Source: Octopus vulgaris (taxonomy: Eukaryota). Taken from it: a DNA stretch of 64,000 nucleotides. Positions 29,420-42,250 of the stretch are shown here, piece by piece. Below the pieces are notes generated by a model that was given only the letters and a program-made list of their open reading frames with translations, did not search any database and was not told where the DNA came from. The stretch's first letter is position 1; the number at the start of each line of letters is the position of its first letter. Where the stretch lies: the NCBI GenBank assembly GCA_951406725.2, contig OX597825.1, positions 32,426,001 through 32,490,000 on the forward strand, written 5' to 3'. A program made the translations under genes and the position numbers.

Positions 29420-30420
29420 TACAAACCGTGCGAGGAAACAATCAACCTTCCCCACACCTAAATCCACCACATCAAGGTTGAGATCATACTTTATAACGTA
29501 TTCTGGTCCATAATTTGTGGTGGAAATCAGTACAATAGAAGCAGACAACCTTGCAAATTGTATTGCAGCGAGTACCCAACTATTTTACACCTGAATGAGG
29601 TATCGTTAATCTATTATTTGACGTAATTTCCATGTGTAGGCATTTATTCAATCAATCTTTCTCCCATTACCTTAAATCCTTATAGTTCCAACGTAAGAAA
29701 TAGCTTCCATCAACTCTTTATCTTTAATTCTTCACACTTAACAACTGTACTCTCGTATGATCGCTACCACACTTAGAGCTTTCTCACCTTTCTTCCCTCC
29801 TCTATCTCTTACCAGCGCAACGTACATCTCTCTTCCTTTTCTACCTCTATTGACCTGTATCTCCGATGTGATGGAGCCATTGTTTGCGACCCTTTATATT
29901 TTCTTCCTAACATTTATTTACTACTTACTGCTGGACAGCTAATATCTTCTACACTTTGACAGATCTCTCTTTGTCTTGTTCACTTACTTATTCTTATGAC
30001 CTATTTTATCTTTTCTTTTCTTGACACTATCAACTAATGTCTTCTAAGATCAAATTACACTTTAGATACCGTCACCATTTCTCCCTCTTGCCTTCTATGT
30101 TTATTTCCCTCTCCTGTACTACTATCACCATGCCTGCATGTTGAAACACTGCTCTACAATACGCTATTAGCAAGAATCTTCTGAAGAAGATAAAGATTTC
30201 GCCTCATTGATATGTAAAAAATCATGTTATTCCATACGCCAATGGTATAAGATGTAGTTATAGCACGAACAATTATTCATTCGAAACAGCTGTTAAGATG
30301 CAACTAATACAGCGTTCTTTTTGAGTATTTATATACCATGTAAATACAGTCATTACACCTATGTGTACTTATCTGTTATTTCTACTTCCATACTTGCTCG
30401 ACAAAGACCATTATTATCGC
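29420..30420 (+). mobile_element. Decayed Penelope-like 3' region: possible GIY-YIG remnant, pyrimidine-rich UTR, then HHR
   Basis: From about 29495 reads NVFWSIICGGNQYNRSRQ, resembling the PLE GIY-YIG motif N.IY.I.C..C...YIG.T; HHR at 30176-30299. Confidence 0.45.
30176..30299 (+). ncRNA. Type I hammerhead-like motif with about 95-nt stem II insert (family E)
   Basis: atctt CTGAAGA [~95 nt] GAAAC agct GTT aagat; perfect 5-bp stem I atctt/aagat and palindromic AACAGCTGTT stem III. Confidence 0.65.
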
Positions 30421-30696
30421 TGATTTTCTGCACTGGATGAAGGACTTGAAATTTCAGCTTTTGTTTATCTAAGCACTGCATGGTATTTATCTATTTCCCG
30501 CTTGTTTTAGCGTTCTTGCAATGTTGTAAGGAATTTGTCCCAACCACATCCGGGTTCAGTCCCACTATATGGTATCTTGGGGGAGTGTAACTTACTATCG
30601 CCTTGGACTGAACAAAAGCTTGGATTTGGCTGACGGAAACAGAAAGAATCCCGTCGTGCGTATATATATGTATGTATATATATATATATATATACG

Positions 30697-30788
<92 letters not shown>

Positions 30789-30796
30789 CATATATA

Positions 30797-30985
30797 CAGG
30801 GAGAATTCACAAAAAATAAACAAAAGACGAAGACAGTTGGTGTAGACAAACAGATGTATTAGTATAACGCTCGGGAAGTGAAAAAAGTATTTAACGTTTC
30901 GAGCCTACGCTCTTCTACAGAAAGGAACACAGAAAGAAACAAGTAGACACAATAAAGAGACAAAACAAAGAATGTGTAGAGGTTA
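30797..30985 (-). mobile_element. Second copy of family D pLTR-like element with HHR, abutting (TA)n
   Basis: Minus strand at 30888-30925: ccttt CTGTAGA a gagc-gtag-gctc GAAAC GTT aaa; homologous to 27190-27350. Confidence 0.75.
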
Positions 30986-31025
30986 GCTAGCTATCCTACT
31001 ACTATCATACCACTCTCGCATTCTT

Positions 31026-31098
31026 TTCTTCTTCTTCTTCTTCTTCTTCTTCTTCTTCTTCTTCTTCTTCTTCTTCTTCTTCTTCTTCTTCTTCTTCT
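31026..31098. repeat. (TTC)n microsatellite
   Basis: Directly visible. Confidence 0.95.
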
Positions 31099-31264
31099 TT
31101 GTCAAGAATTCACAACAACCTTGAGTCGACAAGAGTAAACAACTGAGACAGTGACAGGGAAAGGGACAGGCAGAAACAAGGAAAATGCCCCTTGTATTTG
31201 AATACGATGCAAATATTCTTTTTAAAACCTTTTCATTTAATTTTTCCCAAATTTAATTATTTTC

Positions 31265-31310
31265 CATGCAAGTTGAAAAAGTCTCAATGACTGAAACCGG
31301 TACTAATATG
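31265..31310 (+). ncRNA. Hammerhead-like motif with U3-A8 core (family F)
   Basis: catgcaag TTGAAAA agtc-tcaat-gact GAAAC CG GTA ctaatatg; 4-bp stem II, palindromic ACCGGT stem III, stem I 6 of 8 pairs; element ends at (TA)n 31360. Confidence 0.62.
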
Positions 31311-31356
31311 TTTTTTATGATAAAATTATTTTAGCATTTTCTACCTTGACTTTTTC

Positions 31357-31415
<59 letters not shown>

Positions 31416-31579
31416 TGTATACATATCTATATATCGATAGAATGAGTACTACTCTTAAAATAGATAAGTACTAGGGCCGATTCGTTCTGCTAAAACCCTT
31501 CAAGGTTTTGCTGCAGCATGGACACAGTTTAATGCGTAAAACAATATTAAAGATGTGTGTCTATACATGCATATGTGTG

Positions 31580-32337
31580 TGGGAGGGTAGAACTCTACGA
31601 TATCGAATTGTATAAATTTGCATTTGGGTTTATCTTCTATTTTCTTAAATCATTCAATAGTTATTCTACTGCATATCCCTTGAGTATGATTTGAGTGTGT
31701 CCTGATATATCGTATAATATTATCTAATAAGGATTTACAAATAATTCCTATTTTGCTTTTGTGTGATTTATTAATTGACAGCTAGGATTTTGCGCGGAGT
31801 TATTTTTACGATCTTTCAGGGTTATGAAAGGGTTTCATGGAATAAGCTTCACTACTTTGTCCTCTATGTTAAACTTTGTGGCTAAAAGTTTGCTTCCACA
31901 TTAATTGATTTATGTGATGGCGTTTTTTTTCTTGTATGTTTTAGTTATGTTGTCGGTTGGTAATTTGTTGTGTGTCTGTTTGTTTACTTCATAAATATTT
32001 TTCGTTTTATCTGCTTTAATAAACATGTTTGTTGATGTTTTGAAAAGTTCAATGTATGTCTATAACGTGTGTTGGAAATTGCTGGACTCTTGGTTGAATT
32101 TTACATTTCTAACTAACTTGAATATCGTCTTCAAATTTTTCTAGATCTTTAATATGTTGTGGATTTTTGTAAGATCTGAAACCTCAGTGGCCCTCTGCAT
32201 GTGGGCTGCACATATCTTTATCGAAAAAAAAGGCCTTCCATTTCATTCTCCTCTGCTTTGTCGATAAAATGTTTGATGTATACTTTCCTTGGTGGAATAG
32301 GAATATTTTTCAATGTCGTTATTTCTTGTTTTTCCAT
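31580..32337 (-). pseudogene. Decayed Penelope-like element ORF (N-terminal region through RT motif A)
   Basis: Manual minus-strand translation across stops and frameshifts: MEKQEITTLKNIPIPPRKVY...RMKWKAFFFD...GFRSYKNP...FED...MFIKADKTKNIY...NITKTYKK...PFITLKDRKN...CKFIQFDIVEFYPP; ADK and FDI.EFYP are typical PLE RT motifs. Confidence 0.85.
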
Positions 32338-33301
32338 GGTTTTACTGTTCGTCTTTAGTGCTTAACAGATGTTTGCTGACGTCAGAAGCTTTGATACATA
32401 AATGTCGAACAAACTATTTTGTTGTTACGGTCAACTCACACCCCACCGTCCTTTCCGTACTATAAACTGTATGATGTAATTCGAGGGCGATTATTGCTGC
32501 GATTCGATTGGCCACATACACCTTAGAGTCTGCCCCGCCTCCACACATGTAGTTGAGCCCAAAGCTCAAAGTATGACACTTTTAAAATACGCCCGCAGTG
32601 TCTTAAAGATGGTTACAATGCAGTGTGCCTGTGTTTGTGAAACAACTGAGAGTTCTTTTCTTGAATTGAAGCTCAGATTTTTGCACCAGAGAATGTTCCA
32701 GTGACTTTCCTTCTTTTCATAATATGTTTGTTTCATATGGTACAACGTTAAAGGTTAGTTAGATCTATGTTAACTTGGAAATATTGATCAAGGAAAAAAT
32801 AACCGAACTGAACACTATGACAACAATAATGACAACATCATCATCGTGGTCGTCGTCATCATCATCATCATCATCATCATCAACTTCAAAAACAATATAC
32901 ACTCGTAGCAGTAGCGGTAATAGCAGCAGGTGCAGCAGAAATGACACGAATAATAAAAAAAAAACAACAGAAAGAACTACATGCAACAACAGTAATAGCA
33001 ACATGAAATGCAGGAAAAAAAACACGAGAAAAAAAGAACAACAATAGAAACATCAATACAAGAACAAAACAAAAATCACTAACAACGACAACAACAATAA
33101 CAACAACAACAACAACAACGACATTTACAACAATAAGAATAACAACAATATTAACAGAGAGCGATAAACACGACCAACAATAGCGACAAGAAAAATCACA
33201 TTAACATGAAATAGAGAAAAAAAGCAAACTAGCTTTTCTACTTTTTGGCAGAAAGTCTATATCACTGTCTTTCTTCTCTACTTTTTCTCTACTTCTTCCT
33301 T

Positions 33302-33364
<63 letters not shown>

Positions 33365-33446
33365 CTCTCACTCTCATTTATAACACACGCACATAACATA
33401 AATATGTGTGTCTGTGTCTGGGCGCGCGCACGTGTGTATGTATGCT

Positions 33447-33497
<51 letters not shown>

Positions 33498-33706
33498 ATA
33501 AATATATGATATACACATTGATACATGTTTATATATGTATGAACCCAGATAAACACACGCATACGTACACACATTTATATGCATGTATATATATTTATAT
33601 GTAGACACATAATAAGAATTTATATGAATATTAATATATAATATACACATAGAAGAACACAAACGCACACACATATGCATACATACATGCATACAATGTC
33701 TACGTG

Positions 33707-33738
<32 letters not shown>

Positions 33739-33765
33739 CACACACTCATATATATATATGTATTT

Positions 33766-33802
<37 letters not shown>

Positions 33803-35273
33803 CATATATATATGTATTTATGTATATATATGTATGTATGCATATATATATACAAATACACACACACATACACAAATATATGTATGTATTTATTTATACA
33901 CATTATTATGATACATACACGCACCTATATATACATATTTATATAGGTGTGTGTGTGTATGTGTATGTGTGCGTGTAAGAGAGAGAGAGAATGCGAGTGA
34001 GTATGTGTTAGTATCTGTTTACGTTAGCTTTCTTCCAGTTTCTTTCTAATGTTCATCTTTCTCTTTATCCCTCTTCCCCGCACTTACGTCCCGTTTCTCT
34101 CCCCTCCACTCACTTTTATACATTAGCGCCACCTTGACTGTAGAAAGTAGAAGTGATGTATGGAAAAGTTTGATTAAAACGGAAAGCCTCCGCCTTGAGA
34201 AATTGGCCATAAGCAACAATCATTATTAGCCATGTCATGATAAAACATGGCGCTTGTGGATTCTTACATTGGTTATTGCAGTTAAGTAGAACGTAAATTG
34301 GTAGAAATTCCAATAAGAATCAACCAGAAACTTAACCAATTGCCTTTATTACTAATGAGAAACTAAAAGATAAATATATAAACAAGTAGATCGATCATGG
34401 TGGATATTGGAAGGAATGAGGTGAGGAGTAGGTTGTGGGTTGATGTGGGTTGATTATTTCTCTGATTGATTCAGATCATTCCGTCATTTATTTTTCTTCC
34501 TTTAAACTTTCTTTTCTTTCCTTTCCCTTTCTTTTCTTTCCTTTCCTTTTCTTTTTTCTCTCCCTGCACATTATTGGCTTCAAATTGAGTGATCGACTTG
34601 GGTAATTTTTTTTTTTTTTTTGTCTTTTGTTTCTTATTTCTTATCTGGGATAAATAATAATCTTTACGTTTTATATTTCAAGTGAGCCGTCCCCTTTCGC
34701 TGGAGTATCTAGGTTGATTGAGGAAATAACAACGGAGAAATAAAAAAAAAAACCATCAAATTTAGAAAAAAAAATGGTTGTTTTTTCTTTTCTTTTTCTA
34801 TCATGTCAACTGTAGTTGCTCAGTGAAAGTATAAACTTCAGTAACCATCAATGTCGAAGCTGGGGACATATATCCTGGAGATGCATCGGTCACGTGGTAA
34901 ATCGTAGCCAGTACTGTTGTTATTATCATCGTCGTTGTTATTGTTTAAGCTCAGGTCAAAAGCCTAGACATCTTCAAGAAATCTAACATCGTATATATTC
35001 AAGCCAAGCACATGAATAGCATCTCCTATCTTATTTCTTACCATTTTCTTCAGGCATTGTGCATCTAAAACAACACTATCCAATGTGTTCTGTCAATTTA
35101 GGCTTGTATAAAATAGTGGAATGGCGAAATGGATAGAGCGCGGAACAAAATGTTTTGCGGTATTTTCTCAGGCTCAATTCTGAGTTCAAATCAAGCTTAG
35201 GGCCCTATTGCCTAGAGTCTACCAAAGCCTTGTGACTAGATTTGGTTGACGGAAACTGAAAGAATCCTATCGA

Positions 35274-35344
<71 letters not shown>

Positions 35345-35367
35345 TGTGAGTGTATATATATATATAT

Positions 35368-35597
35368 AAGGCGAGCTGGCAGAAACGTTAGCGCGCCGGG
35401 CGAAATGCTTAGCGGTATTTCGTTTGTCGTTACGTTCTGAGTTCAATTTCCGCCGAGGTCGACTTTGCCTGTCATCCTTTCGGGGTCGATAAATAAAGTA
35501 CCAGTTGCGCACTGGGGTCGATGTAATCGACTTAATCCCTTTGTCTGTCCTTGTTTGTCCCCTCTATATTTAGCCCCTTGTGGGCAGTAAAGAAATA
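35368..35597 (+). mobile_element. Full-length SINE family A
   Basis: ggcgagctggcagaaacgttagcgcgccgggcgaaatgcttagcgg...ccccttgtgggcagtaaagaaata. Confidence 0.92.
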
Positions 35598-35718
35598 CAC
35601 ATACATACGACCAGCGCCACGATAACATCGCATTCTTCGTCTGCCGTAAGGCATTATTTTTCAAATACGCCAGTTAAGTTCAATTCGTCTAAGTCGAAAG
35701 ACGCCTGTTGTTATGACC

Positions 35719-35719
<1 letters not shown>

Positions 35720-35792
<73 letters not shown>
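35720..35792. repeat. (TTA)n microsatellite
   Basis: Directly visible. Confidence 0.95.
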
Positions 35793-35793
<1 letters not shown>

Positions 35794-36055
35794 CATTGTT
35801 TTTTGTATTTATATTCATGTAACATTGTCCGTTTTTCTGTCCTTGTTTCGTATACATTCGATCCTTTTTCCAAGAAATCTAATGCTCGTAGCTTAGTTTT
35901 TCCTTGGGGCTGGCCAGATCGGAGCAATCTCAAGATTAATCAGCCGAAATTGCGAGGATGATCCGGTTCTTGACTGAAGATTAGAGGCTTCGAATGACCC
36001 GTCCGTGTTTTTTTGTATCGTCTATTTGAATGTTTTGCGTCCTTGTCCCATTTTG

Positions 36056-36095
<40 letters not shown>

Positions 36096-36685
36096 CGGTC
36101 AACATATTTTCTCCGTCTCTCTTTCACGCACGCTGACATGCACAGAGCTGCAGACATACTTACACAGCAACGTACAAGTTGAAGCCAATTATGGGAATGT
36201 TATGGCAAATTTAACTCTTTGGCACGTAAATGTGCAATATTTAATAACGGCTGTTGTGGTCCATTAAAAATTATAATCACTTATAGAAAGGAATTAGCGT
36301 CAGAGCTTTGGCAATATGTGTAAAACATACAGACACATACAGAGACACTCAGATATACATATATATATACATACACACACACAAACACTCACACACATGT
36401 ATGTATATATGCATATATTTTATATACATACAAAATATATATGTATATATATATTTTATGCATATAAACGTTTAACTATACATATATATATATACGTATA
36501 TATGTGTACACACATACACGCACGCACACGTGCACACACACACACACACACACTCTCTCTCACGCACATATATATATATATATACATATATATATACTTA
36601 TATATATGTACATATCTATAGGAATATATATACGTGTGTAAATATATAAATAAATATATGTGTAAATATATGTCAATATCTGTGT

Positions 36686-36723
<38 letters not shown>

Positions 36724-37023
36724 ACAGAGATTGGATAAAATAATCGAAACACCTTGTTAAGTGGGAGATTTATTATTTAATACGGGCTTTAATACATGTT
36801 TTACATTCCAGCATTAACACATCACGGATTTGACTCGTACAGGTTTGAACCTTCAAGTAAAGCCTGCGTTAGCCCTTTCAGTAATAGTGGAATGCGGTCA
36901 TGATTTTAGAGACGGTACCTATTGAGCATTGAACAATTCGCCAGTTTTAGTGAATGAAGCTCAGCACTTTTCACTCCAACAATTTGTCTCTTTTGAAAAT
37001 CAGTTTAAGTCACGCATTTTATC

Positions 37024-37543
37024 TACCGTAAATCCTCGAGTATAATCCGCATTTTTTCCCCAAAATTTAATGGTCAAAATCCCTAGTGGGTACTATATAC
37101 GAGGTTTATAATGAAAAATTTTTTCTATGCAATGTCTGAGTCTCTATTTGTTGTCCGGCAATGTTTATTCAGACGCATTTTGTGATGTCGGGTGCGAAAA
37201 TACCTTAAGCTAAGCCTGAAAGCAATGAAGTCATAAAAGAATCAACCATAACTTTCAGTAAGCAACATTTATTAAAATAAAAGTATTCAGAACACAGAAT
37301 AACATGTAACAAAAACAATTTGCAAACATATTTACATTCCCATATAACAGTTAAGAACATCACCATTATTGTAATACACATGCGCGGAAGTGTTTGTTCG
37401 ACTAAGTGCTGCTGGCTTAATCACGCACGACTCAAGTTAGAGGACGGGTGCGTATTATACACATGGTTTAGGTTTTTCAGAGGTAGAGGCCCCTAAAAAT
37501 CCCCTTGTACTCAAGGGCGGACTATACTCGAGGATTTATGGTA
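37024..37543. mobile_element. MITE of the Tc1/mariner-pogo type
   Basis: TIRs taccgtaaatcctcgagtataatccgc and gcggactatactcgaggatttatggta with TA at both ends; no ORF. Confidence 0.85.
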
Positions 37544-37855
37544 TTTCAATACGCATATATACAAAACACAATAACTGGGAGCTATATTGTATATGAAAAC
37601 ATATGCAGACTAGAACAGTTTCGAATTTGTTTCGAATTTGTTGTCAATAGAAAAATAATAGTGAAATAAAAAGTGGTGTTTCTAAAATTTTGTCCAAACC
37701 CTGTATGCATATTTATATATACTGAGAACAACCTTCCTTTGGAACAAGTATTGAAAATAACTATGTACTGGTTATAAGTAGTTTTGATGAGGTTTTTCTA
37801 TTTTCCAATGAATCTCATAGCTTTCGTTTGGAACACCAAAATTTCTAAATCCATT

Positions 37856-37900
37856 GTAATTAACGTTTCTAGATTTTTATTGTGTCTTCATCAGCAACTG
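37856..37900 (-). ncRNA. Hammerhead-like motif, canonical core (family G)
   Basis: Minus strand: cagttg CTGATGA aga-cacaataaaaa-tct a GAAAC GTT aatt; stem I poorly paired. Confidence 0.45.
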
Positions 37901-39409
37901 AAGTGTTGTTAAAGCGTGTGACAGTTTTTCTTTTTATGCTAGGCAAATATGATTTCTGTAGTCGTTTCAGCTTGTATTTGTCTAGATAATGAGGATACAA
38001 GTACAACACTCACTCGTCGTCTCACCGTATACGATACGAGTTGGTTGAACTTAAGTAGTGTCATTAACGTTGTTCGCAAAGAAAAAGCTCCAAACATTTG
38101 TATGTGTTTGTAACACATTATATATCTACTATACAGTGCTCATTAAGATTGCTTTATTCGTTTGTGTGTGCGCGTATGCATGTGCGCGCATGTCTGTGTG
38201 TGACTGTGTGCATGTGTGCGTGCGTACGTAAGCGTGTGTGTGCGTGTGTTCTGTTTTGCTTGAATATTTTTTGATTGTCATGGGCTCTGATAAGAGGATT
38301 CATGCTTGAATAATTGTATGCGAGTCTTTGTTTCTAAGTTTGTTAAAACGCATATGGCTGACTGTTTAAAATATGTTTTAGTTAAATCAAAAGGTTTCAA
38401 TATTTGTCTGTGTATGAGGATTGTGTATTTTTTAGGATTTAGTGCATCAGTTATTTATAGGTTTTGCGATATTCTTATTATATTTCTCTGTGCGTCTGTG
38501 TAAATGTATATATGTTTAGATACAGGAGCAATTGTTTTGTCAAAAATGTTTTATATTTGCATCCGTGTATGTATGGTTCGGCTATTAATGATGCAATATT
38601 TGTAGATCTTGATGACCTGTTATTAATATTTCCAATTTTACGCTCCTGTCACTATTTGGTTTTTAACGTAACTCCTAGATACATTCAAACGATGACGTTG
38701 TGTTACTTCTGCATATGTTCCAGAATGCATGCGTGTGTTATGTGTAACTGTTTTTGAAAGTTAGGATGAGAGCGGAATAAAAACAATGAAACAAAACACA
38801 AACAACATTCGTCTAAACAATAAATTCAACGGAAATAGACATTATGTACTAAATAGACACAAAACAATCGAGAGACACAATAACAAGAGTCGAGAACACG
38901 CAAGAACTAAGCAATCAACAAACAAAAATAAGAAACCACACCAACACCAACGATATATACGATACTATACATACATGTATACATATCCGTGTGTGTGTGT
39001 ATATATATATATTATGTGTGTATATATATATATATACATACAAATATATTTATGTATATATGTATATATATAAACATATATATGTATACATTTATGACAC
39101 ATTTATTTATAAACAATGTATATATACATATATATATTTAAATACATATGTAAATACATGTATATATATATATATATTCATATATATATATATATATATA
39201 TTTACACGTACATCTACATATACATACACACATGTATATATAACTGTGTGTACGTATATATATATATACATACATATATATTCACACATATATACAATTA
39301 GACTTTTGTATTTATATATTCATATATATATATATATTTATACATGCATGTACATATACATATACACATGTGTATATACATACACGTACATATTTGTGTA
39401 TACGTAAAC

Positions 39410-39493
<84 letters not shown>

Positions 39494-39808
39494 ATACAAA
39501 GTGAAAGAGAGAGAATTAGAGAGGAGTGCTATATTTAAACTTAGCACACCCTGTTTGGCGAATGAAATGATTGTAGAAGAAGCAACTATTTACAAATGTT
39601 CTTTCGCACAGAAACAAATGAAATGTAGAAAATAATGAAATAAGTGAGGAAAAAAAAACAAGAATTAAATTCTATATAACAGAATATAAACAAACATTAG
39701 AGTTCAAATTTATTTATCTATTATCGATCGACAAATAACATTTTCTTCGGAAAAAAATTTCTTTTACAACCTTATTACTGATTATTCCAAGAAAGAGTGA
39801 GAGAAGAA

Positions 39809-39841
<33 letters not shown>

Positions 39842-39997
39842 AAGAGAGAGAGAGAAAGAGAGAGAGTGAAGGAAAGAAAAAGACGAAAACAATTTTCATC
39901 TTGGAAATAACAATGCATTTGAAATTATTAATGTATTTCGGATTGGTGGAGAAATGCTGGTGTCGTGCCCATATGCATTTGTGTGAACGTGTGTGTG

Positions 39998-40058
<61 letters not shown>

Positions 40059-40639
40059 GTCGATATAAATACACATATATATGTACATGTATACATTTAT
40101 GTGTGTGTGGTAAGTAGTCACCATAAAGGACTGGCTGCTGTAAATTAGTAAATTGTTCTTGTGACGAGGTTAAAAGGATTATATTAGTAATTAGTATTTC
40201 ATACATTGCCTTGTTAACACACACACACATACACTCTCTCTCTCTCTCTCACACACACACACGTACACACACTCATACACGCTCATATATATGTACCGAG
40301 ATGCATACATATTTATATTTCATTCTATGTTTATTATTTTTGTTCTCTTAGCACAGTGGGCCAGATGCTTCGCAACATTTCTTTCGGTAGTTCTGAATTC
40401 GGGTTCCACCTGGTCGATTTTGCCTTTCATCAATGGGAGAACGATAAAATAAGTACCCCTTGAGCACTGGTATCGATGTGTTCGAGCTGCCTCTCTCCTC
40501 AAAATTGCTGGTCTTGAGCCAAAATTAGAAAGAATTATTTCCGTTCTCTTCTCCTCTAGACAACTGGACGTTCCTTCCAATATATCAGATTTTCTCCTGG
40601 GAAAAGATTTCTACCTCCTCACTCTATACTTTCGCCAGA

Positions 40640-41035
40640 AATAGACTGTGTGGTAAGAAGCTTGCTTCCCAACCACATGGTTCCGTTTTTTTTTTTTAAA
40701 CTGAGTAGCACCTTGGGCAAGTGACTTCTACTATAGCCCCGGACCGAAGAAGACCTTGTGAGTGAATTTGATAGACAGACACTGAAAGAATCCCATTGTA
40801 TATATATATGTATGTGAGTGTGTGTGAGTGTTTGATTCTGGGTATGTTTTTCCCACCACCACCACCACATAACAACCAGTGTTGGTGTCCTTTTGTCCTC
40901 GCTAACTAGCGGTTCGGGAAAAGGAACCGATAGAGTAGAGACTATGTTTATAAAATTATGTATTGAGGCCGATTTGTTCAGCTAAAATTCTTCATGGCCG
41001 CGGACTACCGACTGAAACAAGTAAATGATCAAAGA
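40640..41035 (+). mobile_element. Diverged SINE family B
   Basis: ctgtgtggtaagaagcttgcttcccaaccacatggttcc...ccttgggcaagtgacttctactatagcc...gactgaaacaagtaaa. Confidence 0.8.
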
Positions 41036-41472
41036 TAATTAATGCAGTGCAAGATCCACTGCAACCCTTCTCACAGTGTATTGGACCAAATTAGAGACAG
41101 AGAAAGAGAGGGAGACAGAGAGAGAAAATCCCTTTCAGTATTTGAATGATATACAATTTTTGAGCTTTGTAGTTGGCCTGGGCGGGATTAGAACTCAGAG
41201 CACGAAGAACCAGGGAAAATATAACATGCTTTTCATCCGATGCTGCTTAGGTTCTCTCATTCGCTGCCTTTATAGTACACATGTAAATACCTCTATATAT
41301 AGATATGTGGTATGTGTGTGTTTATATGTACACACACACATAAACACATAAATACATATACAAACATATATATACAAATGTATATGTAATTTCAAATATA
41401 TCTGTGTATGCGCGTATATGTCTCTGTGTGTGCGTATGTGCATATGGGGGTGATAGGCTTATGTTAATGTGC

Positions 41473-41525
<53 letters not shown>

Positions 41526-41954
41526 TACTTTTAGAAAGTTCTGCATTTGTGCATATTTTCATATAATTCCTTCTTCATATCAGTTTATTTAGCTATTCCA
41601 CTTATAAATTTTAATCCTATTTAACTTATCTCCCACCCATATACTCTTTAATCTCTCAATGTTTTCTTCTGTCATTTGAAAAACAGAAATCTGAGACAAC
41701 AGAATTCGTAAATCTCAATTCTAGCTTCACTATCTTGAAACAGTATTATTCTTAAAGTTTCCTCACAATATCATTTTTAACCCTCTCAGATATAATATAG
41801 TTACAACATTGTTTTTAAGCCAGCTACAGCGTTTTCATTGACAATCGTTCAGCGATTATAATTATTTAAATTGATTGTTAATTATTTACATTAATTGTTA
41901 ATTATTTACATTATTTACAACTGACGGATATACGTCCTAATCTTTTTTGTTGTT

Positions 41955-42000
41955 AACACAACGTTTCGGCTCATATACCCTCCAGCCTTCACCAGGTGTC
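41955..42000 (-). ncRNA. Minimal type I hammerhead-like motif (family H) in a pLTR-like fragment
   Basis: Minus strand: gacac CTGGTGA a ggct-ggagggtatatg-agcc GAAAC GTT gtgtt; 5-bp stem I, 4-bp stem II, AACGTT palindrome; A6->G in this copy. Confidence 0.68.
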
Positions 42001-42102
42001 TGCACCTTCCATTTTTTGTTGCTTTTGTGCTGATTCAAGGCACGTTTCTTTCCTGCCAAGCTTACTGTTTGTGTTCTCCCAGTCAACAGCCTTATCATTA
42101 CT

Positions 42103-42250
42103 ATTTCTTTATTGCCCACAATGGGCTAAACACAGAGAGGACAAACAAGAACAGACAAACGGATTAAGTCGATTATATCGAGCCCAGTGTGTTACTGGTA
42201 CTTAATTTATCGACCCCGAAAGGATGAAAGGCAAAGTCGACCACGGCTTT
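42103..42250 (-). mobile_element. 5'-truncated SINE family A
   Basis: tatttctttattgcccacaa...ggtacttaatttatcgaccccgaaaggatgaaaggcaaagtcgacc. Confidence 0.85.

Noticed and set aside
35900-36060. TA-terminated element with CTGAAGA...CGAAT
   Set aside because: Lacks the GAAA box and a stem II; only its (TA)n end resembles the other families
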